Made by a program: the position numbers and the translations under genes
Origin: Candidatus Dormiibacterota bacterium
Lineage (GTDB): Bacteria; Chloroflexota; Dormibacteria; CF-121
Reading direction: 5' to 3'
Length of the DNA stretch: 55,991 bases
Assembly: GCA_035602295.1 (NCBI GenBank)
Contig: DATNMN010000273.1
Location: forward strand, 1-55,991
Shown here: positions 9,695 through 18,197 of the stretch, piece by piece
Layout: each line of letters starts with the position of its first letter
Numbering within the stretch: position 1 is the first letter of the stretch
The notes under the pieces: generated by a model
Database searches by the model: none
Seen by the model: the letters and a program-made list of their open reading frames with translations, nothing else
What the model was told of the DNA's origin: nothing

Positions 9695-9877
9695 CTAGTG
9701 CCCGATCGCTCCGCTGATGTTGCAGAAGACGTTGGCCACCTGGTTACCCAGGACGATCAGCATCCCGATCACGACCACCGCGATCAAGACCAGGATCAGC
9801 GCGTACTCGACCATTCCCTGGCCGCGCTCGCTCCGCATCCGACGACAAACGTCATGAAAGAGTCCACCCAAATGCAT
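9695..9877 (-). CDS. flp: Flp/Fap family type IVb pilin
   Basis: ERG-QGMV-EYALILVLIAVVVIGMLIV fits the G/XXXXEY prepilin processing motif plus a hydrophobic helix. The real start is probably an internal Met. Confidence 0.7.
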   Translation of the reverse strand: MHLGGLFHDVCRRMRSERGQGMVEYALILVLIAVVVIGMLIVLGNQVANVFCNISGAIGH

Positions 9878-9963
9878 GCCTGCATTGTCAGTGCGCGACC
9901 TTTCGCATACCGTTACGCGGGCGTTGCATCTCGAGATCTAGCTGTGTCACACGGTGCGTGACA

Positions 9964-9994
9964 AGAAAAAAGACCGGCCCGCGCCGGTCTTTTC
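9964..9994 (-). terminator. rho-independent terminator (readable in both directions)
   Basis: Hairpin AGACCGGC-ccgc-GCCGGTCT at 9971-9990. It is flanked by AAAAAA (9965-9970), a U-tract for the minus-strand gene ending at 10016, and by TTTT on the plus side. Confidence 0.7.
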
Positions 9995-10015
9995 CTTTCC
10001 TGGGCTGCCTCGAAA

Positions 10016-10240
10016 TTACTTCGAGGGGGACACCGCGGCCGAGGCCGAGGCCGCGATAGACGGTGCGTTCGACGCCGGGTTGATGATGGTCGTGTTGCCG
10101 CCGCCGACGCCGAACCAATGCCCAACCGCGAAGCCATAGAAGAGGATCGCCAGGATCACGATCAGGGCGATCAGGAAGATCGCTACCACCGCCGCGTTCG
10201 AGCCGCCGTCGCCATCGTCATGCTCATGAACGACTGCCAT
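10016..10240 (-). CDS. small membrane protein, hypothetical
   Basis: 74 aa: an acidic N-terminus, one TM segment (AVVAIFLIALIVILAILFYGF), and a Gly/Ser/Ala tail. GGAGG RBS (plus strand cctcc at about 10246-10250). AT-rich upstream region. Confidence 0.6.
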   Translation of the reverse strand: MAVVHEHDDGDGGSNAAVVAIFLIALIVILAILFYGFAVGHWFGVGGGNTTIINPASNAPSIAASASAAVSPSK

Positions 10241-10390
10241 AATTACCTCCCTAGTACGTATTTAGGTGATACCGTTGATATCATATCAGTTGCCTGTCCG
10301 GCCGTCAATATTGCCCGGCGTAGATCACTCAGAGAAATCGGAGCCCGTGTGCATATGTGGAAGGGCTGTGTATAAGCGTCCGCGGGGTGC

Positions 10391-11146
10391 TCAGCTCTGG
10401 CGGGCGACGTCGCGCACGGTGGCTTGCGCGATCGGGCGCACCACCATCTCGTCGATGTTCACATGGGGTGGCCGGGTCACGGCCCAGACGATGCAGTCAG
10501 CGACATCGGCCCCGGTCATCGGCTTCATGCCCTGGTAGACCGCCGCAGCGCGCTGCTGGTCGCCCTTGAATCGCACCAGGCTGAACTCGGTCTCGACCAT
10601 GCCTGGCTCGATCTCGGTCACCCGGATGGGCTCGCCGAGAAGCTCCAGCCGGAGGGTCTTGGTGATGGCCCGTACGGCGTGCTTGCTGGCGGTGTAACCG
10701 ACACCGCCGGGGTAGACCTCGAAGCCGGCGACAGAGCCGAGATTGACGATATGCGCGCGAGGGGCACGCCGAAGCAGCGGGAGCATGGCCTTGGTCACCC
10801 GAAGTAGGCCCAGGACATTGGTCTCCATCATCTGCACCCAGTCGTCGTCGTTACCGTCGGCGAGCGGTTGCAGCCCGGCCGCCAGCCCCGCGTTGTTGAT
10901 CAAGATCTCGACCTGCGGATATCGGGTTTCCATCGTTCGAACGAACGTCTGGATGCTGCTGAGATCCCGGACATCGAGGGGAATCGCCAGTCCCCCGAGC
11001 TCCTTCGCGACCGCGCCGAGGCGGTCCTCCCGACGCGCCCCGAGCACCAGGGTGAAGCCTTCGCGGGCGAGGCCGCGCGCGGTTGCCTGGCCGATTCCCG
11101 AGCTCGCTCCCGTCACAACGGCGACTCGTTCCGAGGAGGGCACCAC
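10391..11146 (-). CDS. short-chain dehydrogenase/reductase (SDR)
   Basis: Contains TGASSGIGQATA (TGxxxGxG), NNAG, and YTASKHAV (YxxxK). Confidence 0.9.
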   Translation of the reverse strand: MVPSSERVAVVTGASSGIGQATARGLAREGFTLVLGARREDRLGAVAKELGGLAIPLDVRDLSSIQTFVRTMETRYPQVEILINNAGLAAGLQPLADGNDDDWVQMMETNVLGLLRVTKAMLPLLRRAPRAHIVNLGSVAGFEVYPGGVGYTASKHAVRAITKTLRLELLGEPIRVTEIEPGMVETEFSLVRFKGDQQRAAAVYQGMKPMTGADVADCIVWAVTRPPHVNIDEMVVRPIAQATVRDVARQS

Positions 11147-11246
11147 TTAATGGTAGGCGGGACCGCCGGCCTCACGGTCTGTCCTTTTCTCGTCACACTG
11201 CGTATCATTTCGGAAGGAGTATTCGGGCAGGAGGCGAGGGGAAGGA

Positions 11247-11921
11247 ATGGATGGGCGCCAGCGTGCCGTCACGCTCGCCGTTGCATTGTTGCTGTTTGCC
11301 GCCTGCGGAGCACTTGGTGGTGTCGTGCTGGCGGGCGAAGCATGGGCATTGAACCCGGTGGCCGTGGCGCTGCCGTCCCTCGTACCAACCCCGCCTCCGT
11401 CGGACTCGGATTGGCCCCCGCCCACCCCGCGCCCCACGCCACGCCCGACGCCGACTCCCACTCCGCCACCAACCCCGCCGCCGACCGCGCCACCAACCCC
11501 GCCGCCGACAGCGACGCCTACGCCGCCCCCCACGCCCGCACCGACGCCAACGCCCACGCCGCCAACCCCCTCGCCGTCGGCATCACCAACGCCGGCGCCC
11601 ACCGAAACGCCGTCACCGACGCCGGCCCCTCAACCAACGCCAACCGTCAACGCCACGGCTCCGCCGCCAGCGCCACCTCCGGCGCCACCGCCGAATGCAG
11701 CCGCGCCGGACACCGGCACTCTACCTATTACAGTCGTGGCGCCGACCGGATCAGCTCAGGCAGTGGCGATCGCGCCGACCCCGCAGGAAGCGCGCATTGC
11801 CGCCGACACAGTTACCTCCGGCGATTCGCCGAACTTCTTCCTGCTGTTAATGGTCGCGGTCATGGCGATCCCGGCCCTGCTCACGCTGACCCTGCTCGCG
11901 ACCGTCTTGACGCGGCGCTGA
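11247..11921 (+). CDS. secreted Pro/Thr-rich protein with C-terminal TM anchor
   Basis: Signal peptide (..LAGEAWA), a long PTPxPTP low-complexity region, and a C-terminal hydrophobic helix ending in RR. Confidence 0.6.
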   Translation: MDGRQRAVTLAVALLLFAACGALGGVVLAGEAWALNPVAVALPSLVPTPPPSDSDWPPPTPRPTPRPTPTPTPPPTPPPTAPPTPPPTATPTPPPTPAPTPTPTPPTPSPSASPTPAPTETPSPTPAPQPTPTVNATAPPPAPPPAPPPNAAAPDTGTLPITVVAPTGSAQAVAIAPTPQEARIAADTVTSGDSPNFFLLLMVAVMAIPALLTLTLLATVLTRR

Positions 11922-11924
11922 CGA

Positions 11925-12845
11925 CTACTTGACGGCGCCGGCGAGCACACCCTGGACGAAGTAGCGCTGCAAAGAGAAGAACACGATCAATGGAATCAGG
12001 ATCGAGACCATCGCGCCGGTCGAAATCACCCAGTAATTGGCGGCGAGCGTTCTGGTCTGATCGTAGAGGAAGATGGTCAGCGGGTGGTGAGGATTGCCGC
12101 CGAGAAAGACCAGGGCAATCAAGAGGTCGTTCCACACCCAAATGAACTGGAAGATGGCGAGCGACATGGCCGCCGGCAGGCTGAGTGGCATCACCACCCG
12201 CTGAAACAGTGTCCACTGACCGGCTCCGTCGATCCGTCCAGCTTCCATCAGCTCCGTGGGAATACCGATGAGGAAGTTGCGCATCAGGAAGATGCCAAAC
12301 GGGAGACCGAAGGCGACGTGGAAGATGACTACGCCGAGCAGCGTCCCATAGGGGTTGAAACCACTAAGCGAGCCAAAACCCCTGAACATCTGCACAACAG
12401 GAATCAGGGCCACCTGGAGCGGCACCACCAGAAGGGCGACGACCGCCAGGAACACCACCTCTCGACCGCGCCACTTACCGAAGACGAGTGAGTATGCGGC
12501 CAGGCTGGAGATGATCGCGACCAGAAGCGTGGCCGGCACGGTGATGGCAATCGAGGTCGTGAGGGAATCGAGAACTCCACCGGGCACGAGGCCTTGTGAG
12601 AACAACGTCGAGTAGTTTTGCAGCGTAAGCTGCGCGGGGGCGCCGAGAACCGTCCACCATCCAGACTGCTGGAAGAACCGCTCCGGTCGCAGGGAGATGA
12701 TGGTCAAGCCGATCGTCGGCACCAACCAGAAGATCGCCACAACTGCCAGCACGATGTCGAGGACGGCCCGCGACGGGCGAAAGCGGAAGGCACGCTGCCC
12801 CGCCCGCCCGGCGGCCGGGGCGACAGCCGTTGGCACGGCGCTCAT
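11925..12845 (-). CDS. carbohydrate ABC transporter permease (MalG/CUT1 type)
   Basis: The ORF track gives 11925..13211. The plausible start is ATG 12845 (MSAVPTAV...), which overlaps the upstream permease stop as ATGA. Contains an EAA-loop-like ELMEAGRIDGAGQWTLFQRVVMPL. Confidence 0.85.
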   Translation of the reverse strand: MSAVPTAVAPAAGRAGQRAFRFRPSRAVLDIVLAVVAIFWLVPTIGLTIISLRPERFFQQSGWWTVLGAPAQLTLQNYSTLFSQGLVPGGVLDSLTTSIAITVPATLLVAIISSLAAYSLVFGKWRGREVVFLAVVALLVVPLQVALIPVVQMFRGFGSLSGFNPYGTLLGVVIFHVAFGLPFGIFLMRNFLIGIPTELMEAGRIDGAGQWTLFQRVVMPLSLPAAMSLAIFQFIWVWNDLLIALVFLGGNPHHPLTIFLYDQTRTLAANYWVISTGAMVSILIPLIVFFSLQRYFVQGVLAGAVK

Positions 12846-14338
12846 CCGCGAATCCTCCTGAGGTTGGACACCATGGCCGGAATGACCAGCAAGAAGAGGA
12901 TCACGGCGAGCGCGCTCGACAGGCCCGAGTGAATGCCGCCCGTGAATCCATCGTTGTACATTGCCAGCGCCAGCGTGCTCGCATCTCCCTGGGAGGACCC
13001 TGGCGCCATGTTGAGGATGATGTCGAAGATCTTCAGGACGTTGATGATCATCGTGACCAGGACCACGACCAGAACCGGGGCCAGCAGCGGCATGGTGATC
13101 CGGCGGAAGATCTGAGTCTCGGTTGCGCCGTCGACGCGGCCGGCCTCGAGCAGCTCGCGGTTGAGTGACGTCAGACCGGCGCCGATGACCACCATGGCGA
13201 AGCCGGCCCACATCCAGAGATAGGCGACGATCATGGCGAGGTCGACGAGGGGCACACTGAGGAGCGCCTGCGCCGTCTGGCTGAGGTGGCTCGTCGGCGT
13301 GACGGATTGCGAACCGAGCCAGAAGATCCCGGTGAACCCCGATTGAAAGTTTTTGGCGTCGATCTGCACCCGGAAGCTACCGTTGCCGACACTATCGAAG
13401 CGGAAATTCCCATGCTGGTCGGTCGAGGTCGATGCGGTGCTGGCGCCATCGCTGCGCAGTAGCGTCAGTCGAAGACCCGGAAGTCCCACCTCATCCGGAA
13501 AGAGCTGGCCGCGGACAGTCGGATGGGACGGCGAGAAATCACGATAGACGAGGCCTGAGATTGCTCCGGAGGATGCCGACGGCGGCACGGCAGTCTGCGC
13601 GCCAACGACCTGAAGGGTCGTTGCGTTAATACCGATGAGCCCTAACTCGACGGTGTCTCCCGCGGCCGCCGTCGACGTGCTCTGCAGGCTGCCCGAGGCC
13701 CCCGGACTGAGTCCGGTCGAAGCCAACGCCGCTACGGTCTGCCCCGCCGAGGTGTTGACGGGATACAGGCCCGGCGGGTTGACCCAGTCGCTCGCCGTTT
13801 GAACTGCCGCGTTGACCATCCCCACGTGGGGATCGAGATCGAAGATCGTCCGCCAGATCAAGGCCGATGCCGTGGCGCTGAACACGATGGGCATGAAGAT
13901 GATGGCCTTGAACGCGGTCGACCATCGAATCCGCTCGGTAAGAACCGCGAAGAGCAGGCCCAGGAATGTGACCAGAAAGGGGAAGATCACGACCCAGATG
14001 ACGTTGTTGCGGAAATTTACGATGATGCTGGCGGTTGAGAAGACCGACTTGTAATTGCCGAGCCCGACGTAAGTGGTGGCGGTCTCGTCGTAGAGACTGT
14101 TGCGAAAGGTCGCGACCACCGGATAGATCGTGATCGCCAGCAACCAGATCGCGGCCGGAGCGAGGAAGAGCAGCGAACCGAGCTGATCGCGCCGGCCACC
14201 GCCGGCGGGCTTGCGCGTAGACGGCACGGCTGGAGAGGTCGCGACCGGCGTGCCGGCGGGAGTCGGCACCCCTGTCGGCATGCCGGCTCCCCGCGGCGGC
14301 GCAAGTTCGCGTCCGGGTGACCGCGACGACAACGTCAC
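12842..14338 (-). CDS. carbohydrate ABC transporter permease (MalF/CUT1 type) with large extracytoplasmic insertion
   Basis: EAA loop ELLEAGRVDGATETQIFRRITMPL and multiple TM segments. There is an insertion of roughly 180 aa between TM3 and TM4 (see finding). Start uncertain. Confidence 0.85.
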   Translation of the reverse strand: MTLSSRSPGRELAPPRGAGMPTGVPTPAGTPVATSPAVPSTRKPAGGGRRDQLGSLLFLAPAAIWLLAITIYPVVATFRNSLYDETATTYVGLGNYKSVFSTASIIVNFRNNVIWVVIFPFLVTFLGLLFAVLTERIRWSTAFKAIIFMPIVFSATASALIWRTIFDLDPHVGMVNAAVQTASDWVNPPGLYPVNTSAGQTVAALASTGLSPGASGSLQSTSTAAAGDTVELGLIGINATTLQVVGAQTAVPPSASSGAISGLVYRDFSPSHPTVRGQLFPDEVGLPGLRLTLLRSDGASTASTSTDQHGNFRFDSVGNGSFRVQIDAKNFQSGFTGIFWLGSQSVTPTSHLSQTAQALLSVPLVDLAMIVAYLWMWAGFAMVVIGAGLTSLNRELLEAGRVDGATETQIFRRITMPLLAPVLVVVLVTMIINVLKIFDIILNMAPGSSQGDASTLALAMYNDGFTGGIHSGLSSALAVILFLLVIPAMVSNLRRIRG

Positions 14339-14386
14339 CCCTCCGTTGTGCCGGATTCCGGGCCCAGCAGGGTCATGCGGGCCGCG

Positions 14387-15724
14387 CTAGTGGCCGAGAC
14401 CCGCGGTCGCTTGCTGGTCCATCGTCGCCTCGATCGACGAGATGCTCGAGCTGCTGGGATTCTTGACGAAGTCGAGCAGATCCTGCCACATATTCTTCTC
14501 CCAGGTCCCCTGCAAGTCGTCGAGGCTGAAAACAAAACTGCTGGCGCCGACCAGCCCCTGCGCAATGGCCTTGCTGACGGGGTCCGGGTAGGCGCTCGTC
14601 GGCACCTTCTTGTTCGGCGAGGCGAAGCCGCCCAGGTGGGCCCAGATCGCAGCACCATCGGGACCGGCAAGGTACTTGATCAGCGCCTCACTTTGCGGGG
14701 TGTCCTTGAGCATCACGGCGACGTCGCCCGCACCCTGAATGGCTGCCTGGTTGGCACTATTCGCCGACGGCGCCGGGAAGTCGAAGAAGTTGTAGCACGG
14801 CGTCTTGCTCGGATCGGTGGTGCAACTCGAACCCGTTCCAGGGGTGTAGTTCTTGGAGTTGCCCGTAATATTGGTCGCGACGAAGTCGCCTTCGAAGATC
14901 ATCGCCGCCTGGGGCTGCGCCCCGGCCTTGGGAAACACTTTGTCGACGCACGCGGGAAACGCGTTGGAGAGCGAACCCTGGACGCCGCCGGCAAGATTGC
15001 TCGGCGTGCCGACGAGCTGGGCCATCGTCGTGAAGGCCGTCGTGACAGTCGGGTCCGTCCACTTAAGGGTATGCGCGGACAGCTGGTTGTACTTGTCCGC
15101 ACCGGCCGTCTTCAGGTAGACGTTCTGCCAGAAGTCCGCCACCGGCCATCCAACGTCGGTGCACAAGGAAAAGGGCGTGACGCCGGCAGCCTTGAGCGTG
15201 GCGGCGTCCTGGATCAATTCTTCCCAGGTTTTCGGCGGCGAGCTGATGCTGGCGGCGGCGAACTGCGCCGGGTTGTACCAGATGGTGTTCTTGTTGGCGC
15301 CCTTGAACCAGACGCCGTAGAGCTTGCCGTTGGAGCTGGCCAGCGTGTTCCAAGCCGATCCGTAATTGGAACTGAGACCGCTGAGGATGCTGGTCAGGTC
15401 CGTGATCTTTCCTTGTTTGGCCAGCGTCTGTAGGGTCCCTGGGTCGGGGATAAGCGCGACGTCCGGGGGGGCGCCGCCCGCCACGGCCGCCGCCAGGACG
15501 GTGTCGATGTTCGATCCCTTGCTCGAGTAGTTGACCGTGGTACCACTCTGGCTCTCGAAGGGCGACAGCGCTGCAGTGAACGCCGCCTGCTCTCCGCTGC
15601 TCCATTCGGCCCAGAGGCTGACCGAACCGCCCTGCTGGCTGGATGATGTTGGGGCATTGGACGTCCCGCACGCACTTAAGAGAAGGACGCCGACGACGGC
15701 CAAAGGCAAAATTCTGGGCTTCAT
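14387..15724 (-). CDS. ABC transporter extracellular solute-binding lipoprotein (family 1, sugar type)
   Basis: Lipobox LLLSACGTS. It is the first gene of a three-gene SBP-permease-permease operon. No ATPase gene is in the operon. Confidence 0.85.
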   Translation of the reverse strand: MKPRILPLAVVGVLLLSACGTSNAPTSSSQQGGSVSLWAEWSSGEQAAFTAALSPFESQSGTTVNYSSKGSNIDTVLAAAVAGGAPPDVALIPDPGTLQTLAKQGKITDLTSILSGLSSNYGSAWNTLASSNGKLYGVWFKGANKNTIWYNPAQFAAASISSPPKTWEELIQDAATLKAAGVTPFSLCTDVGWPVADFWQNVYLKTAGADKYNQLSAHTLKWTDPTVTTAFTTMAQLVGTPSNLAGGVQGSLSNAFPACVDKVFPKAGAQPQAAMIFEGDFVATNITGNSKNYTPGTGSSCTTDPSKTPCYNFFDFPAPSANSANQAAIQGAGDVAVMLKDTPQSEALIKYLAGPDGAAIWAHLGGFASPNKKVPTSAYPDPVSKAIAQGLVGASSFVFSLDDLQGTWEKNMWQDLLDFVKNPSSSSISSIEATMDQQATAGLGH

Positions 15725-15834
15725 TCCTTCCTCCTACGAGATCGCTCTCCCGAACTTCTTCGGCTACTCTACGCCAGAGCCGGACCGCCATCAAGAGCAA
15801 ATCGATGTTGCCCTCGTCGGCATATCGCAGAAAG

Positions 15835-15910
15835 TGGCTGGGGCGCTAGGATTCGAACCTAGGATTACCTGATCCAGAGTCAGGCGCCTTACCAGCTTGG
15901 CCACGCCCCA
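15835..15910 (-). tRNA. tRNA-Gln (anticodon CUG), CCA encoded
   Basis: Minus strand reads TGGGGCGTGGCCAAGCTGGTAAGGCGCCTGACTCTGGATCAGGTAATCCTAGGTTCGAATCCTAGCGCCCCAGCCA. It folds as a cloverleaf with anticodon loop CTCTGGA and closely parallels E. coli tRNA-Gln. Confidence 0.9.
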
Positions 15911-15968
15911 GCGGGCACTGAAAAAGCGACGCCAGTCTATCAAACGCGAATTCGAATCGCCGCCTTTT

Positions 15969-17912
15969 CTAAGCTGAAAGCCTGGGCAGCACGACCTGAG
16001 GAACCGGCTCGACGGCAGGAAGCCAGAAGGAGATGTTCGTTCCCGACCCTGGGCTGGATTCGAGTTTCCACCAGCCGCCGGCCATCTGCGCACGCTCGCG
16101 CATGGCGGTCAATCCGAGGTGGCCCGGGGCCGATCCGCCATTTGGCAAAAACCCGTCGCCATCATCGTTGATTTGCGCCTCCCATCCCCGGTCGACATCC
16201 TCGAGACGCACCCGAACCCGGTGCGCTCGAGCGTGCTTGCGGACATTGACGAGCGCTTCCATTGCGATCCGATAAAGGATGACGCGCGTCTCGGACGGAG
16301 GCTCCGTAGTCAATCGATTCTCGACTTCGAACTCGAGGCCGACCTCCGACTGGATCCTCTCGAGCTGGGTGCGCAAGGCCGCGGCGAGCCCCGTGCGGTC
16401 AAGGGCGAGCGGGCGCAAGTCGAACATCAGATGGCGCAGCCGGCTGACCGATCCCTGGATGGCCTCCTCCAGTTTGTCGAGCGCCTCGACCTCCTTGGTT
16501 GTGGTCAGTCGTTTGCGGAGTTGCTGGAGCCGCAGCCCAGCCGCCGTCATCGCCTGGATGCTGTCGTCATGGATGTCCGCAGAGATACGCAAGCGCTCGG
16601 CCTCCTCTGCCCGCACCAGGTGTCCCAGCAATTCCTGCCGCTCGAGGCCGATCTTCCGGACCAGCTCGAAGCTCGCCTCCAGGTCCGCCGCGGCACGCTT
16701 CCGCTCCGTAAGGTCGCGCACCCGTGCGGCCGCCAGCTGGCCGGCGTCGGAGCTGATGACGCTCATGCTGATGTCCGTCGGAAACTCGCTGCCATCTTTA
16801 CGCCGCCCGACCAGATCGAGGGTGGCCCGCGGCGGGCCCGTCGTGGGATTGCCCCGGTCTGGAGCGGGATGAAACACATGAGAATCCCGGAATCGCTCCG
16901 GCAGCAGCCTCTCCGCCGGCCGGCCAATCAGCTCGCCCCGGGCGTAGCCGAACAGCAATTCCGTCTGCGTATTGACAAGCCGGATGATGCCACTCGCGTC
17001 GACCATAACCATCGCGTCCGGAGACGACTCGATGAGGGCGATAAATTGTGACTCGGACTTCCGCTGTGCCTCCGCGGCCTGCCTGCGTTCGGTGATGTCA
17101 CGAATGGCTGCCACAAGGCGTCCTTCGTCCGCTTCCAGCGGGCTCAGGCTGATGTCCACCGGAAACTCGCTCCCATCCTTCCGGCACGCCGTCAGCTCGA
17201 GACCCACGTTAGTTGGTCTGGACTGTGCCATGGCAATGTACCGCTCGCGGTGTGCAACCAGGGCTTCTCGGAAGCGCTCCGCGAGGAGCCTCTCGACCGG
17301 ATGACCGACCAGCTCACTCCGTTCATAGCGGAATAACCGCTCGACCTGCATGTTCACGGCCTCGATCTCGCCTCTGGCGTTGACCACCACCATGGCATCG
17401 AGGGCCGACTCGAGCAGACCGCGGAACTGCTCCTCGCTCTTGCGGTGGACGGCCTCGGCGTGCTCGCGCTCCCTGGCGTCGCGCAGCAGATCCTGGAAGC
17501 AGGCGGTGGCCAGGTTGGCCGACATGTTGAGCTGGCCGCGAGCGGTCCGAAAGATGGCATCAACCAACTCGGCGTCGGACGAGCCCTTGACGAGGTAACC
17601 GGACGAACCCACGTCCATCATTTCGTAGACGCCCGTCTTCTCCTCGTAGGCAGAAAGGGCAAGAACCCGCGTTCCTGGGGAGCACACCCCGATTTCTCGG
17701 GCCGCGCGCAGTCCGCCGCCCCCCGGCATCCGCACATCGAGCAACGCGACCGTGGGTCGATGCTCGCCCGCGAAGCGGATGGCTTCGTCGGCGTTGGTGG
17801 CGATCGCCACGAGGCGCATCCCGGGCTCGTCGGAGATGAGGTCAGCCAGTGCCTGTCGGACTGCTGCGTCGTCGTCGGCGACCAGGACGGTCACGCTGTT
17901 GGGGACCAGCAC
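15969..17912 (-). CDS. hybrid sensor: N-terminal receiver + two PAS domains + HisKA_3/HATPase_c histidine kinase
   Basis: REC (VLVADDD..LLDVRMPGG). Two PAS-like segments (each ..RD(I/L)TERK/RQA.). H-box RISADIHDDSIQ and a C-terminal ATPase region. Confidence 0.85.
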   Translation of the reverse strand: MLVPNSVTVLVADDDAAVRQALADLISDEPGMRLVAIATNADEAIRFAGEHRPTVALLDVRMPGGGGLRAAREIGVCSPGTRVLALSAYEEKTGVYEMMDVGSSGYLVKGSSDAELVDAIFRTARGQLNMSANLATACFQDLLRDAREREHAEAVHRKSEEQFRGLLESALDAMVVVNARGEIEAVNMQVERLFRYERSELVGHPVERLLAERFREALVAHRERYIAMAQSRPTNVGLELTACRKDGSEFPVDISLSPLEADEGRLVAAIRDITERRQAAEAQRKSESQFIALIESSPDAMVMVDASGIIRLVNTQTELLFGYARGELIGRPAERLLPERFRDSHVFHPAPDRGNPTTGPPRATLDLVGRRKDGSEFPTDISMSVISSDAGQLAAARVRDLTERKRAAADLEASFELVRKIGLERQELLGHLVRAEEAERLRISADIHDDSIQAMTAAGLRLQQLRKRLTTTKEVEALDKLEEAIQGSVSRLRHLMFDLRPLALDRTGLAAALRTQLERIQSEVGLEFEVENRLTTEPPSETRVILYRIAMEALVNVRKHARAHRVRVRLEDVDRGWEAQINDDGDGFLPNGGSAPGHLGLTAMRERAQMAGGWWKLESSPGSGTNISFWLPAVEPVPQVVLPRLSA

Positions 17913-18197
17913 TTACCTCGTTGACGGCGCGACGCATTGTTGCGGTTTTTCTTGCGCGATCGAATAGGGAATTTAGGCAGTATTGCCGAGGTGGACGGAG
18001 GGCAACCTAAAGCCCCGAGCCAGCACGACGCGTGCGGCGACGGACCTGGAAAAGGAGGCCGCTGGAGCGACGGCGACGGAACCGTCCGACCGGCGGTTCG
18101 TCACTCGCCGCAGGGGTCGCGGCGAGCCGCTGACTGAGCAGCGCGTCGGCGTCGTGGTCGCCGTGCGATTCATCTCGTTTGTCCATGATGGGTGCCA

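Noticed and set aside
11147-11602. 151-aa minus-strand Gly/Val-repeat ORF.
   Set aside because: It is the antisense image of the PTP-repeat region of the plus-strand secreted protein, which has a proper signal peptide and C-terminal anchor.
17969-17990. The GGCA-N4-TGCC motifs considered as sigma-54 (-24 GG / -12 GC) promoters.
   Set aside because: The GG-to-GC spacing is about 9 nt on either strand, not the roughly 12 nt in TGGCAC-N5-TTGCW.
18034-18062. Possible degenerate relative of the hairpin element: GCGGC-gacggaCCTGGAAAAGgag-GCCGC, in the intergenic region upstream of the hybrid kinase.
   Set aside because: It has only a 5-bp stem and a 19-nt loop. Similarity is limited to a CCTGGAAAAG 10-mer, which could occur by chance in a window this size.
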